Of a DNA stretch of 64,000 nt, positions 46,760 to 54,262 are shown in pieces. The notes under the pieces are model-generated. The model saw only the letters and a program-made list of their open reading frames with translations, made no database searches and was not told where the DNA came from. The stretch covers positions 64,613-128,612 of the forward strand of contig JADLGB010000032.1 of the NCBI GenBank assembly GCA_020849535.1, written 5' to 3'. Source of the stretch: Candidatus Hydrogenedentota bacterium (GTDB lineage: Bacteria > Hydrogenedentota > Hydrogenedentia > Hydrogenedentales > SLHB01). Position 1 is the first letter of the stretch, and each line of letters opens with the position of its first letter. Made by a program: the position numbers and the translations under genes.

Positions 46760-48310
46760 CTAATGCCGGTAGAGGAATTCTTTGGTGTTGATCAGTGCCC
46801 ATGCCAGGTCGCACAGGGCCTGGTCGCGTTTGAGTCCGCTGTTCTCCACATAGCTGAGCGCGGCCGCCGTCTCGCTCTCCGTGGGCTTTCGCGACAGGAT
46901 GGTCAGATACACGGACTGCACGATGCCCCGTTGATCTCCCTTGCCGCCTCCGGTCGCCAACCGCGAGCGCACACCTTGCTCGATCTTCCGCTGAATCTGA
47001 GTCGAGTTGAGCAGGTGCAACCGCTGCGGATCGGTCATCGCGTTTGTGCGCTCGGACTCGAAGCCGGTGTCCCGCGTAGGCCGGCCAAACATCTCGAGAA
47101 ACGGGCTTGTGATACTGCCATCCGCCAGCGCGATCGACCGCTGGTACTCAGGGATATACGAGAAAGGCTCCGGCACGGCGCTCGAGTACGTTTCTCTGGT
47201 TCCGGTGATTCCACACACGGCGTCGATCAGTGCCTCGGCATCTATTCGCCGCACCGGGTAACAAGCGAACAGCGTGTCCGCCTCCGGAGCTTCGCTGCGT
47301 GCAATGGAAGACCGTTGGTACGTGTGAGAATTCAGGATGATGAGGTACAAGTGCCGAAGGTCATACCCTGACCGTATCAATGCATCCTCCAGGTAAGAAA
47401 GCAGCGCGGGATTGGATGGCGGATTGTCCGGCCGGATGTCATCCGCTTCGTGAATGATGCCGCGACCCAGCAGCCACGACCACACGCGGTTCGCCATATT
47501 CCGCGCAAACCAGGGGTTGTCCGCGGCAAGCAGCCAATCCGCGAACAGGTCACGCGGGTCCTTGTCGGGGTCGAGTTGCACCGTGACCCCGTCCGGCAGC
47601 ATCGCGCTCATGGCCTCGACCGGCGCGGGGTCGAGATACACGATCTCCTCTTTCCATTCCGCCGTGGATTTGTAGGCCACGCGCGAGAAGAACTTCGCCA
47701 TGCCCTCCCGTTGCTCCGGCGTCCAGTGCTCGATTCTCGCTCCCATGAAGGGCAGGGCGACCGCCCCCGCGATTCCCGCCGGCTCCCTGTTCTGAACGGC
47801 ACGATAAAAGTTCACCGGTGGCACGCGGAAGTTACTGCCGCTGGAGGTCAGCATCTCGCGCACAAACTCATCGCAGGGTTTGTTGTCACGGATGGACTCG
47901 CGGATCCAGCGGTGATAGCACTGCACCGCATTGGGCCAGAGGTTGATCGGAAACTCCGATTTGACCCGCAGGATGTCGCACCACTTCAATGCCCAGTAAT
48001 CGGCAAACTCCTGCCGCTGCAACAAGTCCTCGATCAGCGTGTACCGCTTGTCCGGTGTGGAGTCCTCCATGAAGTGCTCGACTTCATTAGGTGTGGGGAG
48101 GGTCCCGATGACGTCCAGGTAGATGCGCCTTACAAACACCTCATCCGAGCACAGGGGCGCGGCTTCGATCCCGTGCTTGGAGAGCTCGACGAGGACCAGC
48201 GTGTCGATGGCACTTGATGAGGCGCCCGAGTCCGCCATCTCGAAAGGGGATATCAGTTCCTGCCCCGCGGCCAGACTAGCCAATACCCCCAACAGCAATG
48301 CACTTACCAC
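46760..48310 (-). CDS. DUF1549/DUF1553-domain protein (no cytochrome domain seen)
   Basis: DUF1549-like FVRRIYLDVIGTLPTPNEVEHF...EFADYWALKWCDILR. DUF1553-like RRIDAEALIDAVCGITG...DPQRLHLLNS. The ORF is open to 48484, but that start would sit inside the ars promoter -35. A GTG at 48310 preceded by GGGGGAG gives MVSALLLGVLASLAAG, so I prefer it. The start remains uncertain. Confidence 0.8.
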   Translation of the reverse strand: MVSALLLGVLASLAAGQELISPFEMADSGASSSAIDTLVLVELSKHGIEAAPLCSDEVFVRRIYLDVIGTLPTPNEVEHFMEDSTPDKRYTLIEDLLQRQEFADYWALKWCDILRVKSEFPINLWPNAVQCYHRWIRESIRDNKPCDEFVREMLTSSGSNFRVPPVNFYRAVQNREPAGIAGAVALPFMGARIEHWTPEQREGMAKFFSRVAYKSTAEWKEEIVYLDPAPVEAMSAMLPDGVTVQLDPDKDPRDLFADWLLAADNPWFARNMANRVWSWLLGRGIIHEADDIRPDNPPSNPALLSYLEDALIRSGYDLRHLYLIILNSHTYQRSSIARSEAPEADTLFACYPVRRIDAEALIDAVCGITGTRETYSSAVPEPFSYIPEYQRSIALADGSITSPFLEMFGRPTRDTGFESERTNAMTDPQRLHLLNSTQIQRKIEQGVRSRLATGGGKGDQRGIVQSVYLTILSRKPTESETAAALSYVENSGLKRDQALCDLAWALINTKEFLYRH

Positions 48311-48477
48311 GACAAACTCCCCCGGAGAGGCGATTCCCCCGACGCCAGTGCGCTCTCGCGGACCTGTGAGGGCCGGGCAAAGCCACACGCGGGGTCGATC
48401 CTGTTCCTCGTTACATGGAACACCATGTGCGACGCGTGGTTCCGGCGGCCGCGCCCTGGACAAGAAATTGCGAAGCC

Positions 48478-48506
48478 TTGACAAAAGATAAGTAATTGGC
48501 TAAAAT
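48478..48506 (+). promoter_or_regulatory. sigma70-type promoter of the ars island: TTGACA - 17 nt - TAAAAT
   Basis: Consensus -35 TTGACA (48478..48483), exactly 17-nt spacer, then -10 TAAAAT (48501..48506). This is an AT-rich patch in an otherwise GC-rich context. AGGGGG RBS and the arsR ATG follow at 48521/48532. Confidence 0.55.
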
Positions 48507-48511
48507 GCCAA
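48496..48511. promoter_or_regulatory. ArsR operator candidate: inverted repeat TTGGC-TAAAAT-GCCAA overlapping the -10
   Basis: Perfect 5-bp arms flank the -10 hexamer. ArsR/SmtB repressors typically bind dyads overlapping their own promoter. Confidence 0.4.
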
Positions 48512-48531
48512 GTAGGCAACAGGGGGTGCCA

Positions 48532-48852
48532 ATGGACCCACAACTTCAGTCCCGTTATCAGGCCCGCGCCAAGGTCATAAAAGCGTTGGCCCACCCGACT
48601 CGCCTGTTCATCGTGGACCAACTCGCAGATCAGGAGAAATGCGTCTGCGAGCTGACGGAGATGATAGGCGCCGATATGTCCACGGTTTCCAAACATTTAA
48701 GTGTGCTTAAGGACGCAGGGGTCGTTTCCGACGAGAAGCGCGGGCTCATGGTCTTCTACCGGCTTCGAGTGCCGTGTATCCTGAACCTTTTTGGCTGCAT
48801 CGAGGGGGTGCTGAAGGCGAACGCGGAAGCACAACTTGCCGCGATGAAGTAG
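48532..48852 (+). CDS. arsR: ArsR/SmtB-family repressor, type with CVC site in the DNA-binding helix region
   Basis: KALAHPTRLFIVDQLADQEKCVCELTEMIGADMSTVSKHLSVLKDAG is a winged HTH with C-V-C, as in R773-type ArsR. I chose ATG 48532 (RBS AGGGGG) because the track start at 48496 is a TTG inside the promoter. Confidence 0.85.
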   Translation: MDPQLQSRYQARAKVIKALAHPTRLFIVDQLADQEKCVCELTEMIGADMSTVSKHLSVLKDAGVVSDEKRGLMVFYRLRVPCILNLFGCIEGVLKANAEAQLAAMK

Positions 48853-48863
48853 TCCGGCGTTTC

Positions 48864-48899
48864 GTTTTATCTATTATTTGGCTATTTGGCAATATATCA
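48864..48899 (+). promoter_or_regulatory. AT-rich box upstream of the permease gene (ATCTATT...ATTTGGCAATAT); possible internal promoter/operator
   Basis: gttttATCTATTatttggctATTTGGcAATATatca precedes ATG 48900 with no obvious SD. It shares ATCTATT...ATT(T/A)TTGGnAATAT with the box upstream of arsR2, and TTGGC with the arsR1 operator. Confidence 0.3.
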
Positions 48900-50213
48900 A
48901 TGGATTGGCTTATGAACTGGAAATCGGAATGGAAGATCCTCGCGGCCATTGTCGCCGTCTTCTTCGCATGCTTTTACCTCCCGGTGGGCCTTCCCCGCTT
49001 CGACAACGCCGTGATGGAAGCGCTCCACCTGGTCAAGTGGTACGCGCGCGAGCATGTGGTGCTGTGCCTGATACCCGCCTTCTTCATCGCGGGCGCAATA
49101 TCGGTTTTCATCAGTCAGGCATCGGTCATGAAGTACCTCGGCGCCGGGGCGAACAAGGTCCTTGCCTACGCCGTCGCGTCTGTGTCGGGGACGATTCTGG
49201 CCGTGTGCTCCTGCACCGTCCTTCCGCTGTTCGGGGGTATTTGGCGTAGGGGCGCCGGTTTGGGACCGGCAACAGCCTTCCTGTACTCCGGTCCGGCGAT
49301 CAACGTCCTCGCCATCGTTCTCACGGCTCGTATCCTGGGAATGGAGCTAGGTATCGCGAGGGCCGTGGGGGCGATAGCCTTCAGCGTGATCATCGGATTG
49401 TTAATGCACGTGATCTTCCGCAAGGAAGAGGAAGAGAAGGCCCTTGCCCAGGCGGCCATGCCCGTCCCCGAAGTAACGCGCCCATTGTGGCAGACGGCCA
49501 CATACTTCGCGTCCATGGTGGCCATTCTGGTCTTCTCCAACTGGGGGAAGCCGGAGACCGACACCGGGCTTTGGTACGCCATTTACAGTGCCAAATGGAT
49601 CATCACGTCCATCTTCGCCGTGGGATTCGGCGTCATCCTGACGGTTTGGTTCCGACTGCCATGGTGGAAAGTGGTACTTGGCGCTGTTCCGGCGATTATT
49701 CTTGCGGCACTCTTTCCTCACGAACCCATATTGGCCTTTGCCGCAGCATCCGTGGGGCTCTCCATTATTACCAGCACCAGCGACGGGGAAATGGGTGAGT
49801 GGTTCGGTGTGACGTGGGGGTTTGCCAAGCAGATCCTCCCGCTCCTACTCGGTGGTGTGTTGGTTGCGGGCGCGTTGCTCGGCAGACCCGGCATGGAAGG
49901 CCTGATCCCCAATGCCTGGGTCACCTGGGCGGTGGGCGGAAACTCGCTGATGTCGAACTTCCTTGCGGCCCTGATTGGCGCGTTCATGTACTTCGCCACC
50001 TTGACGGAGGTGCCAATTCTGCAAGGACTCATCGGATCCGGCATGGGTAAAGGTCCTGCCCTGGCCCTATTGCTTGCGGGCCCCGCGCTTTCTCTGCCGA
50101 ATATGCTCGTGCTGAACAGCATCATGGGGTTCAAAAAGACGTTCGTATACTGCTCGTTGGTTGTGGTCATGGCTACGATGAGCGGGATCTTGTATGGAGC
50201 CATCCGGGGCTGA
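48900..50213 (+). CDS. PF03773-type (DUF318/ArsP-like) permease with intramembrane Cys pair
   Basis: Multi-TM protein from the internal ATG 48900 (MDWLMNWKSEWKILAAIVAVFF). SGTILAVCSCTVLPLF motif. The classical partnership with a small Trx-like gene occurs immediately downstream. Confidence 0.8.
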   Translation: MDWLMNWKSEWKILAAIVAVFFACFYLPVGLPRFDNAVMEALHLVKWYAREHVVLCLIPAFFIAGAISVFISQASVMKYLGAGANKVLAYAVASVSGTILAVCSCTVLPLFGGIWRRGAGLGPATAFLYSGPAINVLAIVLTARILGMELGIARAVGAIAFSVIIGLLMHVIFRKEEEEKALAQAAMPVPEVTRPLWQTATYFASMVAILVFSNWGKPETDTGLWYAIYSAKWIITSIFAVGFGVILTVWFRLPWWKVVLGAVPAIILAALFPHEPILAFAAASVGLSIITSTSDGEMGEWFGVTWGFAKQILPLLLGGVLVAGALLGRPGMEGLIPNAWVTWAVGGNSLMSNFLAALIGAFMYFATLTEVPILQGLIGSGMGKGPALALLLAGPALSLPNMLVLNSIMGFKKTFVYCSLVVVMATMSGILYGAIRG

Positions 50214-50305
50214 TCTCAGTGCTCTCGAAACGGAAGGCAATCTCGCGCCGCATGAAAGCGAAGCCGGGACGCACTGTGTAACGCCACGATGGCGGGAGGA
50301 AGAGT

Positions 50306-50539
50306 ATGAAGACACTTCAGGTTTTGGGTCCGGGATGTTGGAAGTGCAAGAAGCTGGCCGAAAACACGGAAGCGGCGGCGAAGGAGCTGGGGATCGAGTA
50401 CGACCTCGTCAAGATCACCGAGATCAACGCCATCATGGGATTCGGTGTAATGATGACACCGGCGCTTGTGGTTGATGGTGCGGTCAGGATATCCGGCAAA
50501 GTGCCGTCGGTCGATGAAATCAAGGCGTTGTTACAGTAA
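50306..50539 (+). CDS. small thioredoxin-fold protein (redox-active disulfide protein 2 type)
   Basis: 77 aa: MKTLQVLGPGCWKCKKL...GVMMTPALVVDGAVRISGKVPSVDEIKALL. CxxC plus the cis-Pro context of this family. GGAGGAAGAG RBS. Confidence 0.85.
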   Translation: MKTLQVLGPGCWKCKKLAENTEAAAKELGIEYDLVKITEINAIMGFGVMMTPALVVDGAVRISGKVPSVDEIKALLQ

Positions 50540-50574
50540 GCGCACGGTTTGCGGGCGCTCACAAGGAGATTTCC

Positions 50575-50973
50575 ATGTCCACTCAAGCATCGTGCAATTG
50601 TGGGGATTCGGGCTACAACTTGGTGTTCGCATGTTCGGGTGCGGCCGATGTAGGCGCAATCAGCGACCGTGCCGCCCGCAAACTCGCGGCGGAAAAGGTG
50701 GCGGGTATGTGCTGTACGGCCGCTATCGCCGCGAGAATCCCGGAGATACTGCAGAAGACGAAAGGCGCAGCCGCGCTGGTAGTTTTGGACGGATGTGAGA
50801 AGGAATGCGCGCGCAAGGTTCTCGAGGAAGCCGGGTTCACAGCGCATGCCTACGTGCAACTGGTCCGGGCCGGCATGGAAAAAGGAAAGACTCCGGCCTC
50901 AGAAGAAAACACCGCGAAAGCGGCGGCTTGGGCTACCGAAGCGCTTGCAAATGCAGGAAGCGGCAGAGCCTAG
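50575..50973 (+). CDS. DGC-domain Cys-rich putative metal-binding protein
   Basis: NLVFACSGAADVGAISDRAARKLA...GMCCTAAIAA...LVVLDGCEKECARKVLEEAG follows the DGC domain pattern (ACSG..., DGC..C). AAGGAG RBS. Confidence 0.7.
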   Translation: MSTQASCNCGDSGYNLVFACSGAADVGAISDRAARKLAAEKVAGMCCTAAIAARIPEILQKTKGAAALVVLDGCEKECARKVLEEAGFTAHAYVQLVRAGMEKGKTPASEENTAKAAAWATEALANAGSGRA

Positions 50974-51052
50974 CCGCTTGTGCCCTGGTCAAAGGCAGGG
51001 CAACCCTGTTCAAGCTGCATCAACAAACGGGAGAGGATACCGCGGGAGACAG

Positions 51053-52429
51053 ATGATGGGAACCAATGATTCGAGCGCACAAACAGGGGCGAGCACCCTC
51101 CAAAAGATCCTGACGGTCGTAGTCCTCCTCATTGCCATTGGGGCGGTGGTTTATGTCAAGCGCATGAACAAAGAGAGTGGCAGCGCCGTTGTCCCCGCGC
51201 CGGAAGCCTCCAATTCTCGCGCGAACGCCACTCCACCTGCCTCGCCGGATATCGCGCCGCTCTCCAAGGACGTTCCGCCCACAAAATCGGGGCTGCCCCG
51301 GCTCGTAGACGTGGGGGCGGGACAGTGCATTCCCTGCAAGTTGATGGCTCCCATTCTCGAAGATCTCCGCCGTGAATGCGCCGACAAGCTGGAGGTTGAG
51401 TTCATCGATGTGTGGAAGGACCCGGACGCCGGCGAGGGATACGGAGTTCAGACAATACCCACGCAGATCTTCTATGACGCCACGGGGCAGGAGCGTTTTC
51501 GGCACCAGGGCTTTCTCGGCAAAGAGGACATCCTCGCAAAATGGGAGGAACTCGGCGTGGACGTGGGTGGTTCCGCGCAGGCCACCCCGGCCTTCAGCCG
51601 ATGGGAACCCGCACAACCCGATACCCGTCCCAAGGACCAGGTCTGCTATCTGTGCGACGGCGACATCAACGCCAAAACGCGCACCATCTTGAATACGCCA
51701 GGAGGCGATGTGCTTTTCTGCTCTACTCACTGCTATCTCATCACTCACGCGAGTCTCACCGACCCGGAGAAATCTCATGAGAAAGCCTCGACCACGGACT
51801 GGGCCACGGGCGCTCTTCATCCGGTGACGGCTTCCACCTATCTGTACGGAATGGACTCCCAAGGCCGGCCCACTGTCAGAGCATTTGCGGACTCCGCAGC
51901 CGCCACGGCGGAGCAGCAGAACTTTGGCGGTAACATCCTCAACTGGCGGGCCTTTGAGCGGAAAGAGTTGAGCACGCGCTGCGCGTTCTGCGATCGGCCG
52001 GTCTACCCCGAGGACGCATCCGTGGTACACGTGGACGGTGGCATTCAGACGTGGGCCTGCTGTGTGATGTGCGGGCTTGGAGTTGTTGCGCGAACCGGCA
52101 GCGACATCGACCTCGAGGCGAAAGATGCGCTCACAGGCGAAGCCCTTCGTGTAGTGACGTACGAAGGACACGTCGCTGTGCTGGAGCCTTCCACTATGGT
52201 TGCGTGGGCGGGCGCCACAAAGGATGCCGCAGGAAAGATATCTTCCACCGGGTGTTTCAAGCAGGCGTTCTTTGCCACGGACGAGCATCTGAGACAGTGG
52301 GTCGAGCAACACCCAACCGCCACCGGTCAGCGCGTGACGATTCGTCAAGCGCTGGAAGCGAAGTTGAAGCTAACTCCCGAGCAAATCAGTAAGGCCTGCA
52401 AGATAGGGGAGTGCACGCCCAAACAATGA
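51053..52429 (+). CDS. membrane-anchored thioredoxin fused to two TRASH-type Cys4 modules, each followed by a ~100-aa NosL/MerB-like(?) segment
   Basis: Internal ATG 51053 (GGGAGAGG upstream). TM helix ILTVVVLLIAIGAVVYV. Trx fold with GQCIPCKLMAP...IPTQIFY. CYLC-x21-CSTHC and CAFC-x20-CCVMC fit the TRASH spacing C-x2-C-x19-22-C-x3-C. C-terminal CKIGEC. The N-terminal 86 codons of the track ORF overlap the DGC gene and look non-coding. Confidence 0.7.
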   Translation: MMGTNDSSAQTGASTLQKILTVVVLLIAIGAVVYVKRMNKESGSAVVPAPEASNSRANATPPASPDIAPLSKDVPPTKSGLPRLVDVGAGQCIPCKLMAPILEDLRRECADKLEVEFIDVWKDPDAGEGYGVQTIPTQIFYDATGQERFRHQGFLGKEDILAKWEELGVDVGGSAQATPAFSRWEPAQPDTRPKDQVCYLCDGDINAKTRTILNTPGGDVLFCSTHCYLITHASLTDPEKSHEKASTTDWATGALHPVTASTYLYGMDSQGRPTVRAFADSAAATAEQQNFGGNILNWRAFERKELSTRCAFCDRPVYPEDASVVHVDGGIQTWACCVMCGLGVVARTGSDIDLEAKDALTGEALRVVTYEGHVAVLEPSTMVAWAGATKDAAGKISSTGCFKQAFFATDEHLRQWVEQHPTATGQRVTIRQALEAKLKLTPEQISKACKIGECTPKQ

Positions 52430-52451
52430 GTCAGAAGCAAGGACAGGCATC

Positions 52452-53150
52452 ATGGAACGCCTCTTCACCGCATTGAATCACGCAGTTGAGGGCAGCGCAT
52501 CGGTGGCCCTCACGGCAGCCTTTGCCTGGGGCGTGCTCAGCATCGTGCTGAGCCCATGTCACCTTGCGAGCATCCCCTTAATCATTGGATTCATCGGCCA
52601 GCAAGGGCGTATGGGAATGCGATATGCGTTCCTCCTGTCATCACTGCTTGCCTGCGGCATCTTGGTCACCATCGCATTGGTAGGATTCGCCACGGCCGCT
52701 GCAGGGCGCATGCTGGGCGACGTGGGACCGTATGCCAACTACGCCATCGCCCTCCTCTTCTTTCTGGTCGGCTTGCACTTGCTTGGTGTCATCCCCATGC
52801 CATGGTCCGGCCCCGGCTCGGTGACCATGCGCCGGAAAGGCGCATTGGCTGCCCTGTTTCTGGGCCTGGTATTTGGGATTGCTCTGGGTCCCTGCACGTT
52901 CGCCTACATGGCTCCGATGCTGGGCGTGACATTTGCTCTGGCGCGAACCGACCTTATCTACGGTGTTGCTCTGCTCCTAGCATACGGCCTGGGACATTGT
53001 TCCGTTATCGTTTTTGCGGGTACGTTCACTGAGGTTGTGCAGCGTTACTTGAACTGGACCGAAGTGTCCAAGGGGGCAAGAACCGTCAAGAATATCTGTG
53101 GAATCCTGGTGATATTAGGCGGCCTATGGCTGATTTACACGGCGCCATGA
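52452..53150 (+). CDS. ccdA: CcdA/DsbD-family transmembrane thiol-disulfide electron transporter
   Basis: Six-TM protein with the two conserved membrane cysteines, LSPCHLASIPL and ALGPCTFAYMAP. Confidence 0.85.
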   Translation: MERLFTALNHAVEGSASVALTAAFAWGVLSIVLSPCHLASIPLIIGFIGQQGRMGMRYAFLLSSLLACGILVTIALVGFATAAAGRMLGDVGPYANYAIALLFFLVGLHLLGVIPMPWSGPGSVTMRRKGALAALFLGLVFGIALGPCTFAYMAPMLGVTFALARTDLIYGVALLLAYGLGHCSVIVFAGTFTEVVQRYLNWTEVSKGARTVKNICGILVILGGLWLIYTAP

Positions 53151-53240
53151 CGCCGCACACACATAGGACCCTGCCGCTTTGTGCCTGAGGATGACGGGCC
53201 TTCTGTCAGAGAAAGAAGGTACTCAGACAGAGACGACAGG

Positions 53241-53276
53241 TTGCTTCCCTTTCATCTATTCTATATTATTGGAAAT
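53241..53276 (+). promoter_or_regulatory. AT-rich box upstream of arsR2 (TTGCTT-17-TATTAT candidate promoter; ATCTATT...ATTATTGGAAATAT)
   Basis: ttgcttccctttcATCTATTctatATTATTGGaAATATgg ends at the arsR2 ATG (53277). No SD is visible, so a leaderless or very short-leader transcript is possible. The motif is shared with the 48864 box. Confidence 0.3.
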
Positions 53277-53654
53277 ATGGAAACTTCAGCCGCCATTGAG
53301 GTGTTGTCCAGTCTGGCCCAGGAAACTCGCATGGAGATATTCCGTCTTCTGGTGCGGCAGGGTCCAAGCGGCATGGCCGCCGGTGAAATCGCCTCAACGC
53401 TGAATGTGCCCAGCCCCACACTCTCTTTTCACCTCGGCTTGCTTACGCGGTCCGGCTTGTTGAGGTGTCGGCGCGATGGGCGATCGCTTGTCTACGCCGT
53501 TAATTTCGATGTCATGCGGGATTTGCTCCTCTTTCTGACAAAGGACTGCTGCCAGGGGCGGCCCGAACTGTGCGCGGGGATTCCGTTGGCGGCCACTTGC
53601 ACGGCCGATGCATCGGGCAAGTCCCGGAACAAGGCAAAGGTGAGACATGGCTGA
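53277..53654 (+). CDS. arsR: ArsR/SmtB-family repressor, type with C-terminal CC-x5-C As(III) site
   Basis: LAQETRMEIFRLLVRQGPSGMAAGEIASTLNVPSPTLSFHLGLLTRSGLL is the winged HTH. The C-terminal KDCCQGRPELC has Cys at n, n+1 and n+7, as in the Acidithiobacillus-type ArsR. Overlaps arsC by 8 nt. Confidence 0.85.
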   Translation: METSAAIEVLSSLAQETRMEIFRLLVRQGPSGMAAGEIASTLNVPSPTLSFHLGLLTRSGLLRCRRDGRSLVYAVNFDVMRDLLLFLTKDCCQGRPELCAGIPLAATCTADASGKSRNKAKVRHG

Positions 53655-54093
53655 GGATTCGGTCAAGTTGAAGGTTCTATTTCTGTGTACCGGAAACTCC
53701 TGCCGGAGCCAAATGGCGGAAGGCTGGGCACGTGCCTTGAAGGGAGACTTCCTGGAAGCGCATTCCGCGGGTATCGAGACTCATGGACTGAATCCCCATG
53801 CCGTAACGGTCATGAAGGAGGCGGGTGTCGATATATCCACGCAGCGCTCCAAGAACGTCCGCGAACTGATGGACACGGAATTCGACTATGTGATCACCGT
53901 GTGTGCCAACGCACACGAGACCTGCCCAGTCTTTCCGGGCAAGGCTCGGGTTGTCCACGTAGGTTTTGACGACCCTCCGCGGTTGGCGGCCTCGGCAAAT
54001 ACGGAAGAGGAAGCAATGAATTGTTACCGCAGGGTGCGGGATGAGATCAGGGCTTTTGTGGAGACGCTCCCCGGAGGTCTGGAATGGCGCTGA
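53647..54093 (+). CDS. arsC: arsenate reductase, LMW-PTPase/thioredoxin-coupled type
   Basis: VLFLCTGNSCRSQMAEGW P-loop (C-x5-R-S). Downstream Cys pair in VCANAHETCP. GFDDP. Confidence 0.9.
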   Translation: MAEDSVKLKVLFLCTGNSCRSQMAEGWARALKGDFLEAHSAGIETHGLNPHAVTVMKEAGVDISTQRSKNVRELMDTEFDYVITVCANAHETCPVFPGKARVVHVGFDDPPRLAASANTEEEAMNCYRRVRDEIRAFVETLPGGLEWR

Positions 54094-54262
54094 GCGCCGG
54101 GCGTCACGTACTGCTGCGTGCGAGGATCTGAAGGCCGCCGCCAAATTCCCAAATTGATGCAAGTGGAGAGGATTTTTCCCCGGTATGAAGAATCGCATTG
54201 ACCTCGGAGAAGCGCAGCACTCAGGCAGGGAGGACTCGCGGCAGCACTGTTCTTCGAAGCGG

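Noticed and set aside
45517-48217. Plus-strand ORFs 45517..46491, 46673..47371 and 47450..48217
   Set aside because: They are antisense to the DUF1501 and DUF1549/1553 genes, whose hallmark motifs are unambiguous.
48496-48531. Track start of arsR1 at 48496 (TTG), and similar long N-terminal extensions of track ORFs at 14033, 17435, 19012, 22560, 25984, 30683, 48774, 50795, 53181, 54185, 57421 and 62266
   Set aside because: These extensions overlap upstream genes or promoters and lack an RBS. They also precede internal ATGs that have a Shine-Dalgarno sequence plus a signal peptide or the canonical family N-terminus. I used the internal starts.
50981-51002. Intercistronic hairpin TGCCCTG-N8-CAGGGCA between the DGC gene and the Trx-TRASH fusion gene
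   Set aside because: It has no U-tract and the genes appear co-oriented in one operon. It is possibly an mRNA-stability element, but that is not supportable from sequence alone.
51020-52348. 442-aa minus ORF opposite the Trx-TRASH fusion gene
   Set aside because: It is a shadow ORF. The plus-strand frame carries the Trx CxxC, TRASH spacing and a TM helix, whereas the minus frame is R/G/A-rich with no features.
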